64,000 nucleotides of DNA from Spirochaetia bacterium (lineage in GTDB: Bacteria > Spirochaetota > Spirochaetia > CADAEX01), in the NCBI GenBank assembly GCA_963662265.2, contig CAXXHA010000001.1, forward strand, positions 247,672 through 311,671, read 5' to 3'. Shown piece by piece: positions 48,231 to 58,122 of the stretch. A program made the translations under genes and the position numbers. Under the pieces are notes generated by a model. It made no database searches, had not been told where the DNA came from, and saw nothing but the letters and a program-made list of their open reading frames with translations. The first letter of the stretch is position 1, and each line of letters begins with the position of its first letter.

Positions 48231-49340
48231 ATGAGAGTTACAAAAGCAGTTATTAACCTTGAAAATCTTGCATACAACCTGTCACAGATAAGGGACAGGA
48301 TCGGCCCTGACAGAAAAATATGCATGGCTGTCAAAGCAGACGGATACGGGCATGGCGCCTGTAGAATAGCAGAGAGAGGCCTGAAAGAGGGGGCGGAATT
48401 CCTCGGTGTCGCGGCAGTAAACGAAGCTGTTTCTTTGAGAGGATACGGGATTAATGCGCCTGTGCTGCTTTTCAGCCTCTGCAGCATAAACGAGATTGAA
48501 GATCTTTTTAAATACAACATCACCCCTTTCACTGCATCACAAAGTTTTCTGAAAGAACTTGAAAATACAGCAGAAAAGAAGGGAATAAAAAAAGCAGTAC
48601 ACCTTAAAATTGATACAGGAATGAACAGGGTCGGCTGTAAAATCGAGGACAGCCTTGAAATAGCACGTTACATAGACAAAAGCCGCTGGCTTCACCTTGA
48701 GGGGATATGCACCCATTTCCCGGTATCAGATACAGTTGACAGAAGCTTTACAGAAAAACAGATTGAGAGATTCAAATCTGCTGTTGAAAGGATTAAAGCG
48801 GATTCAATCAATCCGGGAATCATCCATGCTGCCAACTCTGGAGGAATTATCCAGTATGAAGATTCCTATTTCGACATGGTCAGGCCTGGAATCATTCTGT
48901 ACGGGTACTCGCCAGACAGATCCATAGAACATAAAATAAATTTAAAGCATGTTATGAGTTTTGAATCTGAAATCCTTTTCACAAAAAAAATCAGAAAAGG
49001 AGAGAAAGTATCATACGGCTTGACATGGGAAGCGGAAAGAGACACCTGGATAGGGACAATTCCGGCAGGATATGCAGACGGAGTAAACCGGCTTCTCAGC
49101 AGCAGGGGAAAAGTTCTCATAGGGGAAAAACTCTATCCTGTTGCTGGAAGAGTATGCATGGACCAGTTTATGGTAGATCTGGGACCGGATAGTGAATGCA
49201 AAGTAAACGACAGAGTTGTAATATTCGGATATGATTCCGGAAGTCAGGGTGCGGATGATAATGCAGATATATGCGGTACAATTTCATACGAGATACTTTG
49301 CAATATAAGTAAAAGAGTTGAGAGAATTTATTTAAATTAA
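48231..49340 (+). CDS. alr: Alanine racemase
   Basis: AVKADGYGHG (PLP Lys), KIDTGMNRVG, VRPGI, GYADG, GRVCMDQ and TISYE motifs. Start at ATG 48231. Confidence 0.97.
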   Translation: MRVTKAVINLENLAYNLSQIRDRIGPDRKICMAVKADGYGHGACRIAERGLKEGAEFLGVAAVNEAVSLRGYGINAPVLLFSLCSINEIEDLFKYNITPFTASQSFLKELENTAEKKGIKKAVHLKIDTGMNRVGCKIEDSLEIARYIDKSRWLHLEGICTHFPVSDTVDRSFTEKQIERFKSAVERIKADSINPGIIHAANSGGIIQYEDSYFDMVRPGIILYGYSPDRSIEHKINLKHVMSFESEILFTKKIRKGEKVSYGLTWEAERDTWIGTIPAGYADGVNRLLSSRGKVLIGEKLYPVAGRVCMDQFMVDLGPDSECKVNDRVVIFGYDSGSQGADDNADICGTISYEILCNISKRVERIYLN

Positions 49341-49384
49341 CAAGAAGACAGGCTTTATCAAATCGCCCTGTATATAAAACAGCA

Positions 49385-49417
49385 AAGCCTGCTTCTTAAT
49401 AACAAAAAGCAGGCTTT
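49385..49417. terminator. Bidirectional terminator
   Basis: AAAGCCTGCTT...AAGCAGGCTTT between convergent genes. Confidence 0.7.
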
Positions 49418-49447
49418 ATTCTGATAATATCTGTAAACCAATAGTAT

Positions 49448-49831
49448 TTACCTGTTCATTTCTTTCCTGATTTTTTCAATCTTCTTCGAAAGATCATTGA
49501 GCCGGAATTCTATGGAATTAAGTATCCAGAACTGGAAATGTTCAACTTTTGTCTGCTTATGCATCATCCAGATAATTTTAAGTGACACCAGGAAAACCCC
49601 TATTTCAATTGAAAACATTGTAGGGAGGGGAACATAAATATGAAAAACATGTCTCGATATATCCCCCATGAAAAGAACTGTCAGGGCTGAAATAAAAATA
49701 ATATTGATGACAGCATCCTGCCTGGTCTGCCTCGAACCGCCGACCTGTTCCATGATTTTCCGGATTTTTTCCTTTTCCTGCCGAAAACTGTTCAACTCAT
49801 CTTTCAGATTCTGTATTTCAAATTCATCCAT
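49448..49831 (-). CDS. Hypothetical 2-TM membrane protein
   Basis: Coiled-coil N-terminus, two hydrophobic segments, HFQFWILNSIEFRLN. Confidence 0.7.
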   Translation of the reverse strand: MDEFEIQNLKDELNSFRQEKEKIRKIMEQVGGSRQTRQDAVINIIFISALTVLFMGDISRHVFHIYVPLPTMFSIEIGVFLVSLKIIWMMHKQTKVEHFQFWILNSIEFRLNDLSKKIEKIRKEMNR

Positions 49832-49911
49832 ATAATAAAACCTTTGGGCAATTTTTTAAGAATTATATTATAATAACATGTAAAATCAATATTTAAACCA
49901 GGAGTTTTTTA

Positions 49912-50283
49912 ATGAAAAAAAAGATCTTAGTCCTTTTACTCCTTATAGCTGCAGTATTCACTGTTTCAGCTCAGGATTTCAATCCGGGAGAATTTGTAGT
50001 CGGTAAATGGATAGACAGTAATTATGATGCTGTATGGGAATTTACAGGAGATAATATCAGAATTCTCACACTTGATGAAAATGATGTATATTATGATTTC
50101 AGGGATAAAACTATTGAAGATTTTACAATAGGTGTTAAGGATAAAATGCCTTCACTTTCTTTCTTCTGTAAAGAGACAGGAAAGGAATATACTTTCAAGA
50201 AACCTCTGACAGGAAAAGATCTTGTACTGGAAATTATTCCCCCTTCAAAAGTTTTTTACAGTGTGAAAATGAAATATAAATAA
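49912..50283 (+). CDS. Small exported hypothetical protein
   Basis: Signal peptide (VSA/QD), AGGAG RBS, GKWIDSNYDAVWEF. Confidence 0.75.
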   Translation: MKKKILVLLLLIAAVFTVSAQDFNPGEFVVGKWIDSNYDAVWEFTGDNIRILTLDENDVYYDFRDKTIEDFTIGVKDKMPSLSFFCKETGKEYTFKKPLTGKDLVLEIIPPSKVFYSVKMKYK

Positions 50284-50297
50284 ACATAATAAAATTT

Positions 50298-50382
50298 AAA
50301 AAGGCTGTTCATAGGTTGAGGTGAATCCCTGAGAAGAACCTCTTTTAGCCGGACATAAATCCGGCAGAACAGCCTTTTTTTT
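50298..50382. terminator. Branched terminator-like structure
   Basis: AAAAAGGCTGTTC...GAACAGCCTTTTT stem enclosing two small hairpins, followed by a T-run. Confidence 0.6.
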
Positions 50383-50446
50383 GTCAGAAAAAATATAATA
50401 AATTACATTTTCAAGATCTTAATTAATCCCCCGTTAAACGCCTGAA

Positions 50447-51703
50447 TCAGTTAATACTGCTTATAATTTCTCTTATTCTGCCTTCAGATTCATCAAGATC
50501 AGATATTATATTTTCAACCCCTGTTCCTATTTCTGATGAACAGTCTTCAATTTTCCCGATTATTGCAGGGAACATATCAACAACCTGGCTGTATTTATTT
50601 TTTCCTGCGTTTATCCTGTCTGCAGATTCAATAATCTTATTTGAAGCAGTCAAAACCCTGTTGCCCTCTTCAGACTGCTGCTTGATAGCTCCTGTTATAT
50701 CTTTGACTATATCCTCTGTCCTGTGTACTGAGTCCATTATAGCTTTCAAACCCTCAGATGCGTTTTCCGCATTTGAAGTCATATCAATAATTGCAGATGA
50801 TACATTTTTGACAAGATCAGAGATTTTACCGGAGCTTTTGCTTGTTTCTTTTGACAGCTTCTGTATTTCCCCTGCCACAACAGCAAAACCCTTTCCAGCA
50901 TCTCCTGCATGGGCAGCTTCAATCGCGGCATTCATTGCAAGAAGATTTGTCAGTTCTGTTATATTGTCAATAACTGCAATAATTTCTGAAATCTGTCCGG
51001 ACAGCTGTTCAACGGCGGAAATAAGTGCTATTGTCTTGGAAATATCATCCCCGCCTGATCTCACAGTATGTGTCATAGTAGTTGATATTTCTTCAGCTTT
51101 GGATGCAATAAGCGCTTCTCTTTCTATTGAATCAATCAGGTTTCCAATAATCCTGTTGAGATTTTCTGCAGATTCTGTCTGATTGCCTGCAATTTCCTGT
51201 ACAGAGGAATCATAGCTCAAATAATTATTCTCAATATCCTTGATTGATATTAGAAGATCTTTGATTTTACCTTTCAGGCACAGCAGTTCCTCTGCAGAAT
51301 GTTTCTGCAAAGCAATCTCTTTCTTGACTTTTTCAAGCTCAGCCTGCATTTTCAGATTTGCCGCTCTATAGCTTTCCGAGCTGTTTTCTGAAACAGATAT
51401 TTTCTTCGTCAGATCAGAAATTGTATTTTTTAAATATTCGAACTTCTCAGCTTCAGAATATTCATTTTCAATATCAAATCCGGAAAGTTCAAGCATTTCC
51501 CCGATCCCTGTCGCCGACCTGATATTACGGGAAGAAACAGCAGAAACTATTCCAATCAGAATTATCTGAACAGTAATAAAAATAATCGTGTGAATTAAAC
51601 TTATATTATAAACTTTATTTAAATAAATCATTCCGGTAATATTCAACAAAAGAAACAGCAGGGCAGGATAATACATTATCCGACAGATTTTTTTTCCAGA
51701 CAT
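50447..51703 (-). CDS. Methyl-accepting chemotaxis protein (2 TM, no periplasmic domain)
   Basis: [34 protein letters not shown]. Confidence 0.9.
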   Translation of the reverse strand: MSGKKICRIMYYPALLFLLLNITGMIYLNKVYNISLIHTIIFITVQIILIGIVSAVSSRNIRSATGIGEMLELSGFDIENEYSEAEKFEYLKNTISDLTKKISVSENSSESYRAANLKMQAELEKVKKEIALQKHSAEELLCLKGKIKDLLISIKDIENNYLSYDSSVQEIAGNQTESAENLNRIIGNLIDSIEREALIASKAEEISTTMTHTVRSGGDDISKTIALISAVEQLSGQISEIIAVIDNITELTNLLAMNAAIEAAHAGDAGKGFAVVAGEIQKLSKETSKSSGKISDLVKNVSSAIIDMTSNAENASEGLKAIMDSVHRTEDIVKDITGAIKQQSEEGNRVLTASNKIIESADRINAGKNKYSQVVDMFPAIIGKIEDCSSEIGTGVENIISDLDESEGRIREIISSIN

Positions 51704-52079
51704 AGAAACCTCATTCTGAGAAATGTAATATAATATAGTTTATGGATGTATAATAATACATTACGTTTTGTAAAAAAGATACTTTTTTTTCATCCACTTT
51801 TCACAAGGGGGCCTGATTACTTATTTAAACGGAAAAAGAGTATAAAAGTTTAGCAAAATAAACTTTTTCCGGTATTTAAGGATTTTTTAATAATCAGGTG
51901 AAATGCTTTTCCTCTTATCAGTTAATAAAGAACTTCGGGAAAAGCTGTGCAGAGAGAAACATTAAATTACATAAGCGGTACATGGTTTGTGTAAATATGC
52001 CGAATATTTAGATAAATACCTGATATTTGACACTGTGAATGTAATTAAGGATAATTTATTATACAGGAGAAATATATAT

Positions 52080-53606
52080 ATGATTAAAACAGCAAGGATA
52101 ATAATGCTGATTTTTATACTCTTGCCGCTTCCCGGTTTTTCTGAAGAAGTCATGCCGCCGGAAAAGCTTAAAATTGCTGTTTTTCCTGTTCTGAATGAAT
52201 CAGGACACACCGAACTGAATAAAGCTTCAGAAAAAATAAAATCTGTAACAGAACAGACACTCCTGCTGCTCGGAAATTACACTCCTGTCATTGAAAACAA
52301 TCCGGTTTCTCCGGAATCATATTATAACTACTGCACACAGAACAAAATTGATTATATTTTCCACGGGAACCTGATCAAGGAGGAAAGAAATATAATAGTC
52401 GAAATTTCTGTTTACAGCAGGAATTCTGCCAGAGAAATTGCAGCTGCAAGAGAAACAGCTGTTTCACCTGTTTTTCTCAGAGATGCGGTTAAAAAAGCAG
52501 TATCAGGAGCACTTGAGGGGATAACAGGAGAAGAGATCAGTTTTACATCATTGGCATTCACAAATATGACTGATGAGAAGGGAGAATATTATGTCTATAT
52601 TGATGATATTCTCTTTGGAAAGAATGTTGAATACCTGGAAACACTGCTCTCTGGAACCCGTAATGTTAAAATCCTGCAGGAGAGGATCTTTGGAACATAC
52701 AATGCAGGGGAGGTAAATGCAGTCCTGATACCGGAAGACAGGGTCAGTATTGAATTTAAAATTCCCCCGCTTCTGGACAGGGAAAAAAAATATATAGACA
52801 GAAGCAGAAAGACAATAGATAAACATATAAATGATAAATATTACAGCCAGAAAACAGCCGGATCGTTCAGAAGACTCTTCAAACTGCTGGAAAATCCTCA
52901 ATTCAGCGATACAGCTACAGCTGTAAAAGAGAAGTATTCGGAGAAATACAATTTATGGCTTTCACACATGGAAAAATGGGGTGCTGACAAGGGATTTACA
53001 TCTGCTGATAAACCTCTGTCTCTCGGCTTCAAATCAATGTTCCTGGTTTCATCATTTGATATTACTGACTGGGACATGGGAGGAACAGATCCTGACGGGA
53101 GCAGCGGAACATCCATGGGGTTCGGGTTTACAGGTTCTGCAGATATTTTTAAGATGCTGGGAATCCAGGCGGAAGTGCTTGTCTGCAACCAGAAAACAAA
53201 AACACTTTACCCTTCAGGTTATCCTGTCCTGAACCTTTCTGAGATAGAAACTTCAACATGGTTTACAGAAGCTCCTGCCATCATATATTTAAGAGCACCT
53301 GAAAACCTGATAAAAGCATATGGAGGTGTTTCATATAAATACAGGCTGACCCCCCTCAGAATGGAAGGTATAGTTGCAGGCACAGGAGAGTCTGTGAGTG
53401 AAAAATATGATGATGAGCTTATGAGAATGCACCTCCCGTCATGGCTTGCAGGTTTTGCCATGGAATTCCCGTTTCAAAGCAGTATTTTTACATTTGATTT
53501 CAGGTATAACAGGGATTTCAAAAGCTGGTTCAGGAACGGGACTCCTGAAGAGGACTACATTGCCAGTTACTTTGCAATTTCATTAGGCTATTCTGCAAAA
53601 TACTGA
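52080..53606 (+). CDS. Exported protein with TolB-N/PEGA-like region and C-terminal outer-membrane beta-barrel
   Basis: Signal peptide from ATG 52080 (AGGAG), IAVFPVLN, YYVYIDD, and barrel-like strands ending AISLGYSAKY. Confidence 0.6.
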   Translation: MIKTARIIMLIFILLPLPGFSEEVMPPEKLKIAVFPVLNESGHTELNKASEKIKSVTEQTLLLLGNYTPVIENNPVSPESYYNYCTQNKIDYIFHGNLIKEERNIIVEISVYSRNSAREIAAARETAVSPVFLRDAVKKAVSGALEGITGEEISFTSLAFTNMTDEKGEYYVYIDDILFGKNVEYLETLLSGTRNVKILQERIFGTYNAGEVNAVLIPEDRVSIEFKIPPLLDREKKYIDRSRKTIDKHINDKYYSQKTAGSFRRLFKLLENPQFSDTATAVKEKYSEKYNLWLSHMEKWGADKGFTSADKPLSLGFKSMFLVSSFDITDWDMGGTDPDGSSGTSMGFGFTGSADIFKMLGIQAEVLVCNQKTKTLYPSGYPVLNLSEIETSTWFTEAPAIIYLRAPENLIKAYGGVSYKYRLTPLRMEGIVAGTGESVSEKYDDELMRMHLPSWLAGFAMEFPFQSSIFTFDFRYNRDFKSWFRNGTPEEDYIASYFAISLGYSAKY

Positions 53607-53660
53607 TACAGCAGGGTTAAGAACAGGATCGTAAATATTTTATAATTTCAATATACACAG

Positions 53661-53696
53661 AGACTGCTGCCATAAAGTCAGCAGTCTTTTTTATTT
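53661..53696. terminator. Intrinsic terminator
   Basis: AGACTGCTG...CAGCAGTCT followed by a T-run. Confidence 0.7.
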
Positions 53697-53732
53697 CAAA
53701 TCTTACTGCAGATAATTACCAGGTATAAATAT

Positions 53733-54365
53733 CTAATAACCGTAGTTTTCACCTACCAGCAGTACTTTTATTCTCCCCTCGAAAATGGAATTCCGGGTTA
53801 TCACTGTATGGGAGCAGATAGTATTGCCCAGGCAGTCTGCACATTTTCCTGTTCTCGAACATGGGGTGTCTCTTGAAAGCCTGAGAGCATTGACAGGGGA
53901 AGCATAGTTTTTAATCCTTGTTACTGCTTCAGCCTCATCAGTAACAACCTTGTTCATCCCTGCAATCACAATAACATTGGAAGGACCATAGCAGAGGGCT
54001 GCAACACGGTTTCCGGTTGCATCAATATTCACCAGTTTACCATCCATGGTAATTGCATTTGAACCCATGAAATAGTAATCAGCATTAAGAGCTTCATGAA
54101 ATATTCTGTGAAGTTCATCAGGTCCGGAAACAGAGTCCCTGTCAAGCACCATGTATTTTCCGGATTTCAGAAGTTCTGAAGTCCCGGTCTCTTTCAGAGT
54201 CATTGAGCCTCCCCAGGATACAACAGCTTTTTCAGGGAGCAGCTCTTCAAGGTAATGAAGAAGCCCCTCTTTGTCTTCAAAATAAAGAGCTTCAATATTT
54301 CTTTTTTTAAATTCCTTTATAAGGTTTTCAGATACATTTTTATAGTAATTTTTAACAGGTTCCAT
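53733..54365 (-). CDS. LUD-domain (lactate utilization LutC/YkgG-like) protein
   Basis: WGGSMTL, NAITMDGKLVNIDATGNRVAAL, GMNK and TPC..TGKCADC motifs. Confidence 0.85.
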   Translation of the reverse strand: MEPVKNYYKNVSENLIKEFKKRNIEALYFEDKEGLLHYLEELLPEKAVVSWGGSMTLKETGTSELLKSGKYMVLDRDSVSGPDELHRIFHEALNADYYFMGSNAITMDGKLVNIDATGNRVAALCYGPSNVIVIAGMNKVVTDEAEAVTRIKNYASPVNALRLSRDTPCSRTGKCADCLGNTICSHTVITRNSIFEGRIKVLLVGENYGY

Positions 54366-54531
54366 AATTCCTCCATATCAGTATTGAAATTATTCTTAAA
54401 GTAATTTTATCTTAATTATATTAAAACAGTATATTTGTTTTGCCGGTAAAAATTTTAAATCAGAAGATGTTTAAAAAATTCAGCAGAGGTATACAGGATA
54501 CAGACAGGAAAAAATACCTGGCAGAACTCTT

Positions 54532-55263
54532 TTACCTGATCTCAGTGACCTTTCCCCCTGTCCCTGAAGTAAAGACCTTTTTTTCGGGAGAGCCTTTATA
54601 ATAAATGTGGGATCCCAGACCTGAACTGCCGTCTATTGATTCTGAGGCATTAACCCTGACTATCCCCCCTGAGTGGGCAAAAGCGCTGACTTTTCCGGCA
54701 GCAAGTTCAAAGCAGTCAATTTCCGAACCGGAATCAGCCTGTACATAGAGCTTCCCGCTTTCCCCCTTAAGTGTTATCCGGGAGGTTCTCAGTGAACGGG
54801 CTTCAATATTATCAGATTCTATAAGAATATCAGCAATCCCCCCAGATACTGCTTCAATCAGTATTCTATCAGATTTCAGCTTTCTTATATTTTTAACAAG
54901 AGCCTTCCTCCTGCATAGAACTGAACTGATTTCATCGCTGTAATAGACAACTATTTTTATATTCCTGAAATCAGGAAAAGATGATTTTTTGGACAGGATT
55001 AATGTCTTTACCGATATATACCAGGTAATATCATCAATGCTTCCATTGTCAATTTCAATATATAGCCCCGGTGTATTCCGCTTCTCAAGAACAACAGTCA
55101 TGCTTCCGGATACTTCAATCTTGCGGAAATCTGAAATATCATAGTTATAACTGTCAGCTGCAAAAGTAAAAAAAGGGATTATAAAGAGTAACACAGCTGT
55201 AAAAACTACTGCTTTGACCGGAGTGTAATTAGTCTTAACAACAGTTTCACAAGTTATCTTCAT
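54532..55263 (-). CDS. GIN-domain (DUF2807) exported protein
   Basis: DFRKIEVSG, repeated xxSGG beta-solenoid units and IYYKGSP. Confidence 0.75.
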   Translation of the reverse strand: MKITCETVVKTNYTPVKAVVFTAVLLFIIPFFTFAADSYNYDISDFRKIEVSGSMTVVLEKRNTPGLYIEIDNGSIDDITWYISVKTLILSKKSSFPDFRNIKIVVYYSDEISSVLCRRKALVKNIRKLKSDRILIEAVSGGIADILIESDNIEARSLRTSRITLKGESGKLYVQADSGSEIDCFELAAGKVSAFAHSGGIVRVNASESIDGSSGLGSHIYYKGSPEKKVFTSGTGGKVTEIR

Positions 55264-55295
55264 AATCCCATATTAAATACTTTTACCAAAGCTGG

Positions 55296-56072
55296 TCAAG
55301 AAAAAATATTATTTCTCAGATTTTTAAGAAATTTTGCCATCTCTTCCCTGTCCTTTGCATTAATAATATGCGTCAGGTAGGTCAGCTGGGAGTTAATCTT
55401 TCTCAGCTGCTCAATTGTGTACTGATTAAACATGATTTCTGTCAGGAGATTATCATCCTCGCTTAAAAGCCCTTTTGCAGTTTCCATATGCTTTTTAAAT
55501 GTTGTTCCCGGGGCATCCTGAACTTCAAGACAGGCTGCAAAAACCATTGAAGAGGCAAACGGGGTGGATAGAGAATATGCAATTGTTTTGTCATGCTCTT
55601 CGAAAGAGTTGTCAAAAATCTTCACATGGAGAGATTCATAAAGATCATAAAAGAATTTTTTACCCTTTTCACATGATTCCTTGATTATAATGGCATTTTC
55701 ATCCCTAAGGTCCCTGATATTGGCAAATGTCGGCCCGAACATGGGATGAGTTGAAACAAAATCCCGCTTGATTTCATTATAGAATTTTTCAAGCTCCCCC
55801 TTAACAGATGCAGCATCCGCAAGAATGCATTTCTTTGAAATAAAGGGAAGTACAGCCTTAAAAGATTCAATTGTATTCTGAAGTGAAACTGTATTGATAA
55901 CCATTTCCGGGTTGAATTTCTTAACCTCTTCAAGCTTCATGAAACGCTGAACATTAAAGAAGTATTTCATTTTCCTCGGATCTGTATCAAAGATAGCCAG
56001 TTCATGATCATGACACAGCTCCTCAATAAGCCAGGAACCGATATGACCGGTTCCCATTACAAATATTCTCAC
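55296..56072 (-). CDS. tyrA: Prephenate dehydrogenase
   Basis: GTGHIG, DAASVK, STHPMFGP and EEHD motifs; last gene of the aro operon. Confidence 0.9.
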   Translation of the reverse strand: MRIFVMGTGHIGSWLIEELCHDHELAIFDTDPRKMKYFFNVQRFMKLEEVKKFNPEMVINTVSLQNTIESFKAVLPFISKKCILADAASVKGELEKFYNEIKRDFVSTHPMFGPTFANIRDLRDENAIIIKESCEKGKKFFYDLYESLHVKIFDNSFEEHDKTIAYSLSTPFASSMVFAACLEVQDAPGTTFKKHMETAKGLLSEDDNLLTEIMFNQYTIEQLRKINSQLTYLTHIINAKDREEMAKFLKNLRNNIFS

Positions 56073-57127
56073 TACATGCTCCTTTCGTTGTAAAATCCGA
56101 GGATTTTAATATTAGTTGTAACTTTTGAAAGACTTTCAAAAATATTTTTCATCTGTTCAGATCCCTCTTCTGCCTGAAAATCGAGGAAAAAAGCGAATTC
56201 GCCTGGTTCTGATGGAACAGATTCAATACGAGTAAGGTTGATTTTTGCCTTTGCAAACTGATCAAGGACAGAAAAGAGAGTTCCGGCCTTATGTTCAGTT
56301 GAAAAAACTATTGAACATTTGCTTCCTTTCACTGTTTTTACAGCCTCTTTTGAGATAATGAAAAACCTTGTCCTGTTATTATCCCTGTCCTGAATATTTT
56401 CCTTGATAATCTCCAGGTTATAGAGCTTTGCAGAAAGCTTGCTTGCAATAGCGGCACTTCCTTTAAGCTGCTTCCTTGAAATCATCCTTGCAGCCCCTGC
56501 TGTATCATAATAGGGGATTGATTCAAGCTTGTTTCTGCTCAGGAATTCCCGGCACTGTGAAAGAGCCTGGCTGTGGGAATAGGCATTTCTGATCTCCCTG
56601 TAATCTGTTCCGGGAAGCATCATCAGGCAGTGGGATACTGCTATATCGAGAGCATCAATTACTTTCAGATCCTTTTTCAGAAGAAGGCTGTTTACCTCGC
56701 CGACAATTCCCCCCAGGTTATTCTCGACAGGGACAATACCGTAATCAAAAAGACCTGCTTCGACACCTTCAAAAACATCTGCAAATTCAACACATGGGAC
56801 TGTGACAATATTTCTGTTCCATACCTTGGCAGCCTCTTCGCTGTATGCGCCATGCTCCCCCTGGAATCCTATAATCATTTTCTTTTCATTCTGAAGTTTT
56901 TTACTTTCTTCTATAATAAGCCTGTAAAGTTTTTCAGTGAAATCAGGATCCAGGAGTCCTGTTGAAGAATCCCTTATTTTTTCAATAACATTCTCTTCCC
57001 TTCCTGTATCTTCAACTTTTTCCTTGAGTTTCCTGCTCATTACAGCCTGTTCCATCCTGTCATTCAGAAGCTTAATAAGTTTCTGGTCAATAATATCAAT
57101 GTTTTCCCTGAGTAAGTTTAACTTCAT
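56072..57127 (-). CDS. pheA: Chorismate mutase / prephenate dehydratase
   Basis: LRENIDIID CM domain, FQGEHGAYSE, PVEN, SHSQALSQC, NRTRF and NLTRIES motifs. Confidence 0.95.
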   Translation of the reverse strand: MKLNLLRENIDIIDQKLIKLLNDRMEQAVMSRKLKEKVEDTGREENVIEKIRDSSTGLLDPDFTEKLYRLIIEESKKLQNEKKMIIGFQGEHGAYSEEAAKVWNRNIVTVPCVEFADVFEGVEAGLFDYGIVPVENNLGGIVGEVNSLLLKKDLKVIDALDIAVSHCLMMLPGTDYREIRNAYSHSQALSQCREFLSRNKLESIPYYDTAGAARMISRKQLKGSAAIASKLSAKLYNLEIIKENIQDRDNNRTRFFIISKEAVKTVKGSKCSIVFSTEHKAGTLFSVLDQFAKAKINLTRIESVPSEPGEFAFFLDFQAEEGSEQMKNIFESLSKVTTNIKILGFYNERSM

Positions 57128-58122
57128 CCCTCTTCTCCTCTATAATTCAGACTCTTTGATAATAGATAAAGATCTGCCATTGCTATCAAAGCTGCAGACT
57201 CTATTATTACCGGAACCCGGCGGGCAAAACAGATATCATGTCTCCCCTTACCTTCAAGCTCCATCATTTTTTTCTCTTTAAAATTAAATGTATTCTGGGC
57301 AATACTTATTGTAGATGTAGGTTTGACAGCAACTCTGAACAATATTTCATTGCCGTTGGTTATCCCGCCATTAATTCCACCATGGGAATTTGTAGCAGTC
57401 TTTCCCTCTGCATCTGTAAAAATATCATTGTGCTCACTTCCCTTCATGGAAGCTGCGCTGAATCCTGAACCGAATTCTATTCCCCTGATTCCGGGAATGG
57501 AAAATACCAGGTGGCTTATCAGAGATTCAGCTGAATTGAAAAACGGCTCTCCAAGTCCTGCCGGAACATTATTAATCCGGCACTCAACAATGCCGCCTAT
57601 TGAGTTTTCCTCTTCAACAGCTCTCTCAATTGCCTCATCTGCATCCTGACTTCCCCCTGCTTCGACAAGCTCTGCTTCAACATCCAGAAAATCACACACT
57701 TTTCTCGCAACAGTTCCTGCAGCTACAAGGCCGATTGTTATCCTTCCTGAAAAATGGCCGCTTCCCCTGGGATCGTTGAATGATCCGTATTTAATCATTG
57801 AGGAAAAATCGGCATGTCCGGGACGGGGATGATTTCTGAACCTGTCATAATCCTCAGACTTTGTATTTGTATTTCTGAAGAAAATATTCAACGGGCTTCC
57901 GGTTGTAAAGCCTTTGAAACAGCCGCTTAATATTTCAGGAAGATCCCTTTCAATCCTGGGAGTTGTTCCTGCAGCACCGGGTCTTCTCCTTGCAATATCT
58001 CTTTCAAAATCCTCTTCAGATATTTCAACCCCGGGAGGACATCCGTCTATTACTATACCCACGCCTGTTCCGTGTGATTCCCCGTAAATCGAAATTCTGA
58101 ATACAGTACCGAAACTGTTCAT
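57124..58122 (-). CDS. aroC: Chorismate synthase
   Basis: GESHG, RPGHAD, SGR, GGINGGITNG, KPTSTI and GRHD motifs. Confidence 0.96.
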   Translation of the reverse strand: MNSFGTVFRISIYGESHGTGVGIVIDGCPPGVEISEEDFERDIARRRPGAAGTTPRIERDLPEILSGCFKGFTTGSPLNIFFRNTNTKSEDYDRFRNHPRPGHADFSSMIKYGSFNDPRGSGHFSGRITIGLVAAGTVARKVCDFLDVEAELVEAGGSQDADEAIERAVEEENSIGGIVECRINNVPAGLGEPFFNSAESLISHLVFSIPGIRGIEFGSGFSAASMKGSEHNDIFTDAEGKTATNSHGGINGGITNGNEILFRVAVKPTSTISIAQNTFNFKEKKMMELEGKGRHDICFARRVPVIIESAALIAMADLYLLSKSLNYRGEEG

